Shown here one piece after another: positions 11,505 through 23,800 of a stretch of 64,000 bases of DNA. Every line of letters begins with the position of its first letter. Positions within the stretch are counted from its first letter, which is position 1. The notes beneath the pieces are model-generated. The model did not search any database, was not told where the DNA came from, and saw nothing but the letters and a program-made list of their open reading frames with translations. A program made the translations under genes and the position numbers. The stretch lies in NCBI GenBank assembly GCA_027604505.1, contig JADIIX010000010.1, forward strand, positions 1-64,000, given 5' to 3'. This DNA is from Gonapodya sp. JEL0774. Its lineage: Eukaryota.

Positions 11505-13666
11505 ATGTCTCGAAACGCTCATGGCAGACAAGTGCCTGCAACGAACGAAACAAGCCCTCTTCTTCCATCAACCGGGAACGGTCGTGTCACCCGCTCCTCA
11601 GACGAATCTGCTCCAACTTGGATATCGTCAGGGCGCGCAATCGCAACTCATTCGTGGCGTGAGTAAGAGGATATGCAGCGTCCACAATAATTGACCTCTG
11701 TCTTACTTATTTCATCGTCAGTTAATGTACTGTTGCTATTGGTTCCCGTGGCAATCGTCGCCGGAGTAACTGAGTGGAGTGCCCCGTGAGTCCAAAATGC
11801 GGCATTGCGTACTGCCGGACAATTCGTGCAATTGAGCTTTCGCTTGCCTCAGATGGGTATTCACAATCAACTTCTTTGCCATGTAAGTTGTTTCCGTGCA
11901 GCTGTTGTCGCCACGCGGGTTTTCACATCGCGAGTAATTACTTTGATGACGGAACACCAAGTCTCCCGCTCGCGCAACTACTGGGATTCGCAACTGAGGA
12001 GCTCGCTCTGCGCACAAGCCAAACAATTGGTGGTTTATTAAATGCCACGTTCGGAAACGCAGGTACGGATTGGTCTCGCTTCTTTGATTTGTCCGTTGTC
12101 ATCTAACTCAGTTTTGGGTCTATGGCACACCCCTGTATCACGATTAGTCGAACTCATCTTGGGGATAGCGGCTCTGCAGAAGGGTCTTGTCAGAATCGTC
12201 CAGGCCAGCCTGATCGGATCCATTCTCTCGAACCGTACGTTTGGGGAAGTGGGAATTGAATGTCCAGCTGCCGGATCAAGAATCTGACTTGTCTCTAACG
12301 AACCTTTGGCCCTTCCCTCAGTTCTTTTTGTGACAGGACTTTGCTTTTTTGTCGCTGGCATCAATTACAAGGTTCAATACGTCTTTCAAATTGTGTTGTT
12401 GAACAGTTGGCATAATCCTTTCGTTCTCAGGAAGTGACGTTTAATGCACCAGTAGCGAACATTTCCGCCTCACTTCTTGCGATGGCAGCTGCTGGAATTC
12501 TTATTCCTGGGGCTTTCTTTGCTCAACTGGTGTGTTCTCATCACAGATTTCACTTCTCCGTGGGTTGATTTTCCATGCAAATCACTCCTTCAATATGCAC
12601 AGTTGACAGACCCCGACAATGATGATTCTGGAACCGATTCCAAATTGACAAATGTCTCCCGTGGTGCGGCAGCGATCCTTCTCGCAATTTATGTCGCGTA
12701 CCTGTTCTTCCAGTTGCGATCACATACATATATGTTTGCAGTTAAGTAGAGTTTTTCTGGGCAAGAAAATGACAGGTATTAACGCTCATGTAACTATGAA
12801 TTATTCAGGATGAGCAGGAGGAGGAGGAAGAAGCAGAGGAATCCCAGTTGAACCTCCCTGGTGCATTAGCGCTCGTGAGCCCCTCGTGTCTAATCTGGTT
12901 TTGCGTTGCTGAGAACTTGACAGTTCTTTGCGCCTTCAACCCTAACATCCTTTCAGCTCTTTGTAACCACTCTTTTGATCGCAATATGCGCCGAGTTCTT
13001 GGGTAAGCGGTTCACTGCCATTAAGATGTCCGCAACATTCTCACTTATACACTGTTATGCAATTTATAGTTGGCTCCATTGAAGGCCTAAGCGACGAATG
13101 GGGACTCACGAAGTCTTTCGTAGGGCTTGTAATCTTGCCCATTGTGGGAAACGCAGCTGAGCATCTTACGGGTAAGTATAGGACATGTCATCCGAATCGA
13201 TGTGCCACTCAGTTTAAGAATGATCATGGTTTAGCTGTCACGGTTGCTGCAAAAAACAAGATGGGGTTGAGTTTAGGGATCTCGATTGGGTCTGCCCTTC
13301 AGATTGCCCTCTTCGTTGGCCCGGTGCTCGTGCTTTCGGGATGGGTGATTGGTATTCCGCTAACTCTTCAGTTCGGAGTGTTCGAAACTGGTGAGAGGAA
13401 CCTGAGATGGCGTCTTCAGTTGCCCAGTATAACAAGTTCGTTGTTCTGCTCTTAAACCATCAGCCGTAACCTTCATCTCAATTTGTAAGTAATGGTTCTT
13501 TTGTTTACTTGCCGGTGGTTGGTCAGTGTATGACGCATTTCTTGGCAACATGGTGGCAGTCATTTTGAACCAACTGGTCGTTGATGGAAGCTCCAATTAC
13601 CTTGAAGGTCTCCTTCTGCTCGGCACGTACGCGATTACTTGCATATCTTTCTACTACATGCCTTGA
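11505..13666 (+). CDS. VCX1: Vacuolar Ca2+/H+ exchanger (CAX family)
   Basis: N-terminal NETSPLL dileucine-type motif. Alpha-repeat signatures [32 protein letters not shown] and [10 protein letters not shown]. Acidic linker [11 protein letters not shown] and C-terminal DGSSNYLEG. Many short introns. Confidence 0.93.
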
Positions 13667-14198
13667 TCTGTGCCAGTGGATTGCATATCTAGCTGATTGG
13701 ATGTATAGCTCACGGGTACATAAATACTGAATTACTAATCTTATTGGACAACAAGATGGGTCCTTCCGTGTAGGCCAAGAGATTTGACATAGCGATAGCT
13801 TTGTCGTATTGAACACATTACTGTAATTGCCCATTTTCATTTCTCTCGATATGAACATTGTACATGTCACACACAACAACCTGGAACCCCAAGTAAGGTG
13901 ACATGAGCCGGCTTTGTGTGGAGCGAATGTATCTTGCACTATCGCCTTCGTGTTCGCTCATCAACTTGGAATGACCCAAGGGCTGCGAAGGACAAAAGAA
14001 TGCTTTCCAATATCCACTTTGGAGAGAGTGATATTACTACAGGGGTGGCGAGCATAAGCGTATCTTGTTATCTGGGTTTGTATTGCATTAGTAGTACTAT
14101 TAGATGTAGGAGGTACTTCCACCTCTCCCCGAATACAATGAGTCACGTAGGGAGGAGACACCATTGCCATCGACTCCGTCTACGAGGAACAGCATAAT

Positions 14199-16583
14199 CT
14201 AAACGCGCTTGGGAGCGTTTACAAATATGGCCATGAAAATACCAGCGACGCCACCAGCAATTGGGAGGGTAACAATCCACGAGAACATGCACCATGCCAG
14301 CAGCTTCCAGTTGCTATTGATGGACATGTGTCAAATGTTGGCATGTCCAAATCACATTGGGCGACAAACACTCACATCGCCGAAACCTTGGCGTTACAAA
14401 GACCAACACCGGCGGTTGCACCGGTGATGCAGTGGGTGGTGGAAACCGGGAGGGAAAGGTACGAGGAGGTAAGGACGGTAAGGGCGGCACCGAACTCCAT
14501 CGCTAGAAAGTGTAGATAACGCTTGAGTAAACAGAAAAAGAGCAAGTGTAAATTTATTCTTACAGAATCCACGCGAAGGGGAGTGGTAAGTGATGTGGTT
14601 ACCGAGAGATCGCATGACGTTGTAACCGTAGGTGAGGAGACCAATGTCGATGGCAATACCACCCAGAGCATAGATCCAGGTCTCAATGTTCACGGACTTG
14701 CCGAGGCGAAGACATTGACCACCTTGACTCCACACAAGGTATATGAGGGACAGGGGGCCAACGGCGTTGGCGACATCGTTGGCACCGTGGGCGAAGGATG
14801 CGAGAGAACAGGTGAAGATTTGGAGGAAAGAGAAGAGTTCCTGATGAAGAGAAGGGTCAGATCATCAACAGGCAAAAATAAGAGAAGAGTTGTACTTACT
14901 TCTGCGCGAGAATCGTACTTAATGGCCAAATCGTGGAGCTCGTGGTACCTCTCAGCATCGTGATTGGCGACTTCAACACCAGTTCCGTGAGTCAAAATAG
15001 CGGCAGCCTTGCCAAGAACGGTAGTTTGGGCGGCACTACAAGTAAATTCGTAACAAATTAAGATCTGGTTGCTCAATGCATCAGAAGCAATCAAGCTCAC
15101 GAGTATTCGGCGAACGTTCCGGGAGCAAGGGCTGGAACAGGAGGGACAATGGGGATGTTCTCGGCATCGCCATCCTTTTTCTCTCCCTCCTCGACAGAAG
15201 CGGCGGCACGTTCAGCCCTCATGCGTTCCTCACCCCACGGCGTGAGAGCTTTGGTGCGTTTTGGCTGCTTTCCAAGAAAGGGAGTAACAGGGATGTGCCA
15301 TGGCTTGAGGTCTTCCTCATCGTAAAGCACACGCCTGAGCCACTGTGATCGCAAGAATGTAAGAGAAGTCAGGTGCAGAACACTTTACCGCGTAACCTAC
15401 AGGCACGTAGAAGAACCAAGCGAATAAACCGCAAAGAATCGCAGCACCAAAGATACCACCGAAGAAAGCGGCCTGCTGGCTAGGCGGCATGGCTTCGGGC
15501 CTGGAATATTTGACAATGGCCCATTCAGCATTGGTAAAGCAGAAGCAAGATAGGCGTGGCTCACTTAGATAAGTTACCGGCGCCCTTGATGCAAATGTAG
15601 AAGAGGTTCAAGCCGATGGTCTGTGGAACACGACATTTAGTGTCGGGAGTGCAAGCAATCACTCTGTTTCGAGATGATCAAACTCACGAAGAAGAAAAAG
15701 AAAGGAAGCGTGCGAAGACCCATCTCGAAGGGGTTGCGAGACTTCATCACAATGAACTTGATGAAGAGGTACACAACGGCCGCAACAATACCAGCGACGA
15801 TGGGAGAGGTGAACCATGAAGTGACAATTTTGCCGATACCATCGTAGCCCCAGATAACATTGCCCGTGCCGTAAGTGGCGATACCCATGCCGATGCTAGA
15901 GAAGGCGACAATCAGGTGAGGATAAACTTGAGGCAAAAAGGATTCCGATTCTCACATGGCACCAACAATGGAGTGGGTGGTGGAAACAGGCATGCCGAGG
16001 TACGTAGCAAAGAGAACCCATGTGGAGGAGCCGATCAAGGCACACCACATGCCCAGCATGAGAAGTTCCGGGTACTGAAGAAGGATGTGAGGTTCGATCC
16101 CACGAGGGTCCACTGCACAAACTAAAGGCGTACCTTTTGGAAGTCACCAAGGGTGATAATACCGTTCTTGATAGTTTCGGCGGTAGATTTTCCGAGCAAC
16201 ATGGCACCGCCGAACTCCGTAACTGCAAACGAAAAGTTCGGCCAGTTAGAGTCAGTCACACGCGAAGGCAAAAACGACCAACGCACAAGTTGCAATAATG
16301 CAAGCAGTCCGGAGGGAAATGGTCTTAGAGGCAACGGCAGTAGCAAAAGAGTTAGCCACATCATTGGCACCGATACCATAGGCATCGAGGAACGCCTGGA
16401 TCAAGCCAAGGGCAAAGCTGGAGAGAGAAAGGACGGTGAATATATAATCAACAGTTGGGGAAACGAGAGCTACTCACAGCCAAGAATAGTCGTGCGGTTG
16501 CCTGTAGAAGTGGAGATGTCACGAATCGTCAGTCCGCGTACTAACTCACGTATCTTCGCGTCGTCGATACACGTTGCAGCCAT
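14199..16583 (-). CDS. PHO89: Sodium/phosphate symporter, PiT (PHO4 domain) family
   Basis: [25 protein letters not shown], a second signature [40 protein letters not shown] and WIVTLPIAG. Confidence 0.94.
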
Positions 16584-16985
16584 TAACGTTACTTACATCG
16601 TGGAAGGGTTGGGAGCTTTCCCATCGGGACACTGCATAGGGGACATGAGACATGACATGAATCCAATGAATCACACAGATCCTAGAACTCACGACAGTCG
16701 ACATTTTGCCGTTCTTGAATTAGAACTCCGCAATGGGAAAAGAGCCACCTATGAGCCGATGTGGAGTTGAGATGTGAAGAGGACAGTTGGATCGTTGGAG
16801 ATGGAAATAGTGGAAGGGTAGTAAGATCGTTGGAGGGGGAGATGGGGGAGGGACCGTGTGAATCGGATGTGCGCGGAACGTTCTCGTCAGGACCGGCAAC
16901 TCACGGAAACAAGAGAGTTATGATGAAAACGAAGTACGAAATGGTGAAACTATAAGTGCCCTGGAGAGGTTGCAGGCAGAGTGTC

Positions 16986-17342
16986 GAGCACGTGCTGGGG
17001 CAACGCACGTGCTCAGTCCGATCAGCCCTGATTTAATTAAAATTTCATATTCCCAAGATCTGCTCCAAAACAAGCATAAATTCACTGGGTCATGTAAGCA
17101 TTGCACACTGCTTGGTGCAGATTCATGCTTCAAAGATGTCTTGTGGAATTGGTATGAGATGGAGGATACCATTTGGTGGTTCGGACTCTTGATGAAGACT
17201 CCAAGGCCTTTTGAATGCTTCCGCTGTCCTCATCATCTGAAAACTGTGCTGACTTTTCTATCGTGTGGACGATTCGTAATATCATTTGCCCCTCGGCAAT
17301 CCCACGCCACACATTCCGACAAGTTCATGCGTCCGCCACGTG
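16986..17342. promoter_or_regulatory. Three CACGTG E-boxes (Pho4-type bHLH sites) upstream of the phosphate transporter
   Basis: CACGTG at 16989, 17006 and 17337. The first two form the symmetric element GAGCACGTGC-N9-GCACGTGCTC, about 400 bp upstream of the ATG at 16583. Confidence 0.6.
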
Positions 17343-17619
17343 CCCTGAAACAAAATTAAGCTTCGCACACGTCAGCACGAGCATGAAAAGAGAAAACGTT
17401 CTTGCTCATTTTTCATATTTAAAATACCAGATCAGAACTCACTTGCAAACTCATCACAACCCACCAAGTCAAGGAAGGGGGGGCGACAAGGCAAGAAATA
17501 CCCTTACGACAGTATTTATTGCAGATTCATGTACACAATGAAGGTCAACAAAAACACTGAAAGGCCTCGCAAGCATACAAATTGCACAAATTGCACAATG
17601 AACGTTGTGTACAACGAGA

Positions 17620-19209
17620 TCATTTCTTTTGCCCCTTTTGCAGCTTCGCAGCGGCCAGATGCTTACCGATTTCTTTGAGACGCACGGGAATGCGGATAGG
17701 GTGGTCTCGGGAAGTGAGGTGCAGGGAGTGGATTATCATGTCTATAAAAGCAATTGCCCAATTTCAAGAAATTCGTAGTCGGACAGGCGAGGAGAGTTCG
17801 CAGATTCGGCGATCAGGATGAGTGCGGGGAACGGGGAACAACGCAGGATGCACGCGACAAGAATGCGATATCAGGGAAAGACAACGCAACGCCAACGACC
17901 CAAACGAGTTTCACAAAAGCTCACGTTTTCTCTTGTTCTCATTTGCTTCCAACACCGCCTTTGCCACAGCACCGACATTCTCCCTCACGTCGTCAACCAA
18001 CCAGCCAACCTTTGCCACTTCCACCTCCACCACCCCACCATCTTTATCCGTCTCCTTCATTTCAAACGCCACCGAGCTCGCCGCACGAGCACCCTCGATG
18101 GCTGCGACGAGTGCGTTGGTTACGCCACCTTTTTTGGGGTTGGGCATCAGGCCGAGAGGACCAAGCACCCGGCCGAGTGGAGTTATGAGGGGGTACATGC
18201 TGGGTGTAGCGAGCGCGCGAGTAAACGAGGAGAGCTCGATCTCCCCAGATGTAATCTGTGAAACAATTTCATTGGAAAGGTAAGGTCACAGACTACACTT
18301 TATTTGAAGTTTCCAAAACCAACATCTGACGCTCGTCCGCTTTTGGTGACAACCGATCTGAAACACGGATTGCCTGTTATTTCTCAGGATCATTTCTCCG
18401 TCGGAAGGAGTCCTTCTTCCTCCATCGCAACGCCTTAACTTCCAATCATTTTCGAAATGAGTTCACGCTTCTCCACACTTTGCGACTGTATAGCCTTATG
18501 TCGTCCGATGTTTGTGCACCTCGCCCTGTAAAAACTCACCTTCGCGATATCCTTATTCCCCAGCACTTCTGCACCAGCTTTCTTTGCTTCCTCCGCTGCA
18601 GGTCCTTCCTCAACAAACACGAGAACTTTTTCATTGGCCTCCTTGCTCGCACTTCGAGGCAAGACTCCTCGAGGAACTTCGGCTTTGCCGCGAATGGGAA
18701 TAAACGATTTGACAGAGGTGTCCAGAGCGAGACGAATTCGTGCGACGATGTAAGAAGATGCTGGTGCAACCAACTATTGGAAATATGCAGTCAAGATGAA
18801 AATAGTGGGACGGAGACCCAGAACATCTCGCTCACTTCAATTGCAGTGATGGCCTTTGCAATTGACATGGGTTTGTCCTTTGCGGCATTGTCCTCAGGCA
18901 ATCGGGGCCGTTCTCGTTTGGGTGGTGACGGGGGCAATCGAGCGGGGGGAAACTGATGAGAGTGGGACAGCCAGGTGATGGATGACCACATACTCGAAAG
19001 CATCCACGTGGACGTACATGATACGGATTTTTATGACCAGAAACTGGCCGGAGATGCTGCAATTGCTCGTGGATTGACCGAGATGGAGCAAGATGCCGGA
19101 CGGGGCCTCTGGCGTCCAAACAGTCGCGAGTGGCGGGCCAAGAATGGATCGGAAACCTTGCTAAGCAAAGAGAGAATGGTGGGCCTCGCATGGGCGGCCG
19201 CGTCGGCAT
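17620..19209 (-). CDS. MRPL1: Mitochondrial ribosomal protein L1 (uL1m)
   Basis: IRGKAEVPRG, KVLVFVEEGPAAEEAKKAGAEVLG, LGRVLGPLGLMPNPKKGGVT and VAKVGWLVDDVRENVGAV. Arg-rich N-terminal extension; start approximate. Confidence 0.88.
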
Positions 19210-19325
19210 TGTGAAGAATCCTGGGCACGTTTCGATTTTCGCTTGTACAAATGTTGGCGGCTGCCCGTGATCTGTCACCTTCCCCCCTGACATACATATT
19301 ACGATACTCTGGCGCATATCCCACA

Positions 19326-20289
19326 ATGTCTATGGACCCACCATCGCATGAGGTACCTGCCTATGAGTTCATGGGAATCGATCCCATTGGACTCGCCAAC
19401 CTTGGAGGAGCGCTACTCACTCCAGATGCAGCGCTGCATTATATGTCAGCCTTTGAACGCATTTGGGACCGAGAGAGCATCAATCAGATGCGTATGACTC
19501 AAATTCAGTACTCAGGTCTAGGCAGAAAGAGTGAAATGGAAGATCGGTGGGTAGTTTGAGGTAATGGAGACGAGAACGTTTCACCGCGACGTTGGGATTG
19601 AGAGAACGCAGTGGATGAAGGAAGGAATCGCAAAGGACAAAGCCGCAAAAAACTGCAGGACGTGGACAACGGGTCATTATCCACCAACTGATACTCTCAT
19701 ACAACTTTGAGGTAACGTTTTGAACGACAAGTTAGCCTCAGAGACAACATCTCATCCTTCTCAGGCTCGAGCTTGAGGTTGATGTGAGAAAAATGAATCT
19801 CCGGACCTCGCGTTTTCAGTCCAAATTATCGCACAAACTGCCAATCTCTGACTGTTGTACAGTGCTGTATCCTCTGGCGTAGAGTACGTGGTAGATGAGA
19901 CGAATTCGCGGGCTCCCGACCTCTGGATTGTGCGCAAGGAGCGAATTTTGTCTCCTCAGAGCCGCAGTCTTTTGGCAGTTTATTAGTGGGTTTCTCTGCC
20001 TCTGTTGAACCAGAACCTGTGTGAATGGGAGAAAGCCAGTTGACTCTACATTTATATGCTTGGTGTTTGTGTTCTTTCAGCATCTCGAAGAATGTTGTTC
20101 TCCAGGCGCCGGACCTGCAAACACTGCTTGCCAACAGACTGGTAAGTCGAGGACTTCAGGTAACACTGAAATTCTCACACCACTTTGGCGTTGGGTTTAC
20201 AGAGAAGTGCTCAGTATCATTGTCAGAGGGCTCTGGAGGAACTGCGGGATCGTCAGAGATTCACAGGTTCAGCATACACATGGGATTAA
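19326..20289 (+). CDS. MED6: Mediator complex subunit 6
   Basis: LTPDAALHYM...WDRESINQMRMTQ, GVEYVVDETNSRAPDLWIVRKERILSP...LLAVYY, VLQAPDLQTLLANRL and a final exon RSAQYHCQRALEEL...YTWD*. This follows the Med6 pattern. Confidence 0.82.
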
Positions 20290-20870
20290 TGCCGACTATT
20301 CACATGATTTAGCTAGAGTAGTATTGTTATGAGATTACCACAGTGAAACGATCCAGAAACTATTTGCTGCAGCAAAGACTTTCAGTGCCCATGGTCACTG
20401 CGTCTCCCTCCATCTTTACAGTAATTGAGCGAAAATCTCTGAAGCGAGAAACTGTAAACACGTAGTACATGCCCGAAGTTCCCTCTGCAGATTTTATCAC
20501 CCGGGCCACTCCACGCCGAGCATATAATCCCACTGGTGAAACGCCTCTCCGTCGGTGTTGTATCTTCTTTTCTCTCCACATCAATGTCCCTGTAGAAGAT
20601 TATATGTGAAAGTGTAAAACTTGAAGCTTTTTCTGAGATATCCATTGAGCATACAAGATCGGCAGAGCATCTAGAGATAGACTATGAAGTTTTGCTTTCG
20701 AGTGTCTACCGTTGGTTGTATCTGCCATTGGTTTTGCCGTTGGTTGTTTGACTGGATGGTTTCTCAGGTGGCGGTTTCCAGCACACAAATCAATGGACTG
20801 GGTGGCGAAAATACGGTCGCCAACACCTTGAGTTCCTTTCAACATTCACCACCATCACCAGTCCGCTGCC

Positions 20871-23800
20871 ATGGAGGAACCCGAGACACTATCCTTCACC
20901 GCCGAGCGCGCCTCTCTTGGTTCGCCGGAGGACCTGGAAACTGTGCCGGCAGACGTTGGGACGGAGTCCGAGCCGGACGCAGAGAAAGCTCCAGTGAAGA
21001 ATCCCACAGATGATTTTCCCGCTCTCCCTTCCACGGCACGCGTGTGGTCTGCCCCATCTTGGGGTTCTGTAGGGCAGTCACCTGGAGGGCCCGCCAAAGG
21101 GGTGAAGGCTGGCAAATCATTTGGCGCAGGGGCGAGCCCAGCCTCCGTTTCGGATGTATTCGAGATCCCTTATGGCCTGCAAGCTCGCAAGGCGACTTAC
21201 CCCGCCGAGGTTGTGCGCAAAGTCCGCGATGCTCACAAGGAAGTGGCGGTCGAAGTCCTGACCCGCAAGAACGGACCGTGGACGTTCACTATCCGAGGCC
21301 CATCGAGAGAGGCAATTGGTCTCGTGAGGCGGGAACTCATGGCAGGACTGAGCGTGAAGGTGGGTCCAGGTACCAACCGTTTGATCGCAATGTGGAGACC
21401 TTCCGGTTTCACATATCAGCGCACAGACAAACGCCTGATATCCATTTGTGAAATAATTAAATTGTGACGGAAACACTCCGCACTAGTCCCTGTGAGAGGT
21501 TCATGGAAATTCGGAGTATGGCGAGGTTTTGTGTCAGGCAGTGATTGGAATGTTTGTCGTCGTTTGCTGACTTTATCTGACAACCCTGTACTCAAACGCT
21601 CCTCTCCATTGCTTCTGCCTCTCCCAAATATCCATTTTCGACTTTGTTCGACCAAAGACCATCCTGCGCTTACCGGTCCCTTCATCGGTCCGCCCTTTCA
21701 TTATTGGTGCTGGTGGCAAGACCCTCAAGTCCATTACCCAACGTTTGCTGGTGGAGATCAACGTCCCAAAGCAGACGCGACGTGAGGTTGATGCTGCCGA
21801 GGCATCTGCTCCATTGACTGAGAATGATGATGAGGACATGGAAGTGACAATTACTGGTGACGTCGATGGTGTTGAGGCCGCGCGACGGGAAATTCTGGAG
21901 ATCGTCGCAACCAGAGTAAGTTATTGCAGTGAAGTGGAATTAATGCTCTACCAGATATTGCGTTATTGGAGGTTTCGATAACCGTGCAATCACGGGAATC
22001 CTGGAATTATCACTCAACTGACACTGGATTGTTATTACCCTTCATTCTATTCCTCCAGGCCACCAAATCCACCATCCGCCTTACTTTTCCTCGAACTTTC
22101 CACCCCTTTGTTCTCCGGGAGGCACCGACTATTTCCTCCGTCACTGGCGCTGCAATACACGTCCCCACATATGCGAGCCGGCGGGATCGTGAGAGAGAAC
22201 AAGGGAACGGCGTGGAAGGTACAGTGCAGTCGAAGAAAAGGAGGGATAATCCAAGGGATGATCTGGACCCAGACGAAATCGTTCTCATCGGAGAAAGGGA
22301 AAGTGTGAAGAAGGCGGCTGAGTCTTTAAAGGCACTCCTTTCGAAGCTTGTGAGTCGTGGATACTATGTGGTCATGTGCTTCCACTCTGATCAATCACGT
22401 CCACAATTTTGTTCAGCAATCCACCACCTCTCAGGCACTTCTTGTTGTCCCTCGTCACCAGCACCGCTTTCTGCTTGGTCCCAAAGGCTCTCACCTTTCG
22501 GAAATCTTGGAGCGCACCGGCTGTGCAGTCGAGGTTCCGCGCATTGCTGACCTTGATAATGAGGATGAAGACGGGAAAAGCGAAGAGGTTAAAATTATTG
22601 GTCCGAGGGAGCGACTTGCAGAGGGTCTGGCCGCGGTCTTGGAAAAGGTGGGAGTCGCGCATTCACCAATTTTATGTGAGTTTGACCACACTCACCTTCC
22701 GCTTGTAGGCCAACTCGCAGCACGCGGCATTGGTCCCTTTCTCGCAGTTGGTGTCTGATGTCGTGCAACGTGGACATTTGGTCCGGTACCTCCTTTCCAA
22801 GCAGCGTCCCATTCTACGTGAGCTTGAGCAGGCCCACTCCGTCGAGATTAACTCTCGGAGGATCCGTGACACACGTGTGCTGGAGATAACCGGCAAGTCT
22901 CGCTCTGCAGTGGAGGCCGCACTAGCGCGCGTGACAGAGCACGTGAAGGCAATGTCTGAGACGAAGCGGTTTGTCACTGTGCCAGTACCTCCTTCTCTCC
23001 ATGCACACGTGGTCGGCAAGAAGGGTGCCGGTCTTGATAGGATGAGGCAGAAGGTCGGAGATAAATTCGTGGACGCGGTAGTTCCTGGGGATGGAGAGCA
23101 GGATGTGGACGAAGATGAAGTTGTGGTGGTTGTTGGTGTTGAAGGAGTTCACGCACATGAGGTTCAGGGAATCGTCGATGGAGTTGTTAAAGGTGTTAAA
23201 GAAGCCGTTGGAGTTTTGGTGAGTTGGAATACTTGCCATACTATTCTGTTTGTGCTCCCCATATTGCGACACGTCCTTCACCACAGGCTGACTACACCTC
23301 TACTTCACTCAACATTGACGTGAAGTACCATGGGCGTTTGATTGGACACGGTGGTGCCACTCTCCGGGACTTGTTAGCTCCACCAAACAATGTTGTGTCC
23401 GTTAATTTCCCCAAAGTCTCTAAAGAAGATGAAACAGGGCCACTTCAGGCGAGCAACATGGTCGTCGTGAAGGGCCCGAAAGACAGAGTGGAAGAAGTTA
23501 CCAAAAAGATGAAGGAGATGGTCGCAGAATGGAAGCACTACGAGGTTATGTGCGGGTTTGAGGAGGTTGTTCAGGTTCCCTTTGGTGAGCATCAGAAATG
23601 TTTCTCTGATACGCTATCAAATATCAATAATCACAATTATGTGCAGGTCTTGGGAAAAAGGTTCTGCAATCAGCGTCAGAGGAAGCCCCCGCTCGGGGTC
23701 GAGAACGTGATGCCTCGTTCGCTGGTGCTTGGGTGATCAAATCCATTCGCGAACGTGTCATCGCCGAGACAGCCCAGAAACCTACACCTGCCAATCCCGC

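Noticed and set aside
6643..16583. GSY-ERG27-VCX1-PHO89 as a functional gene cluster
   Set aside because: The pathways are unrelated housekeeping functions, and adjacency is expected in a compact genome.
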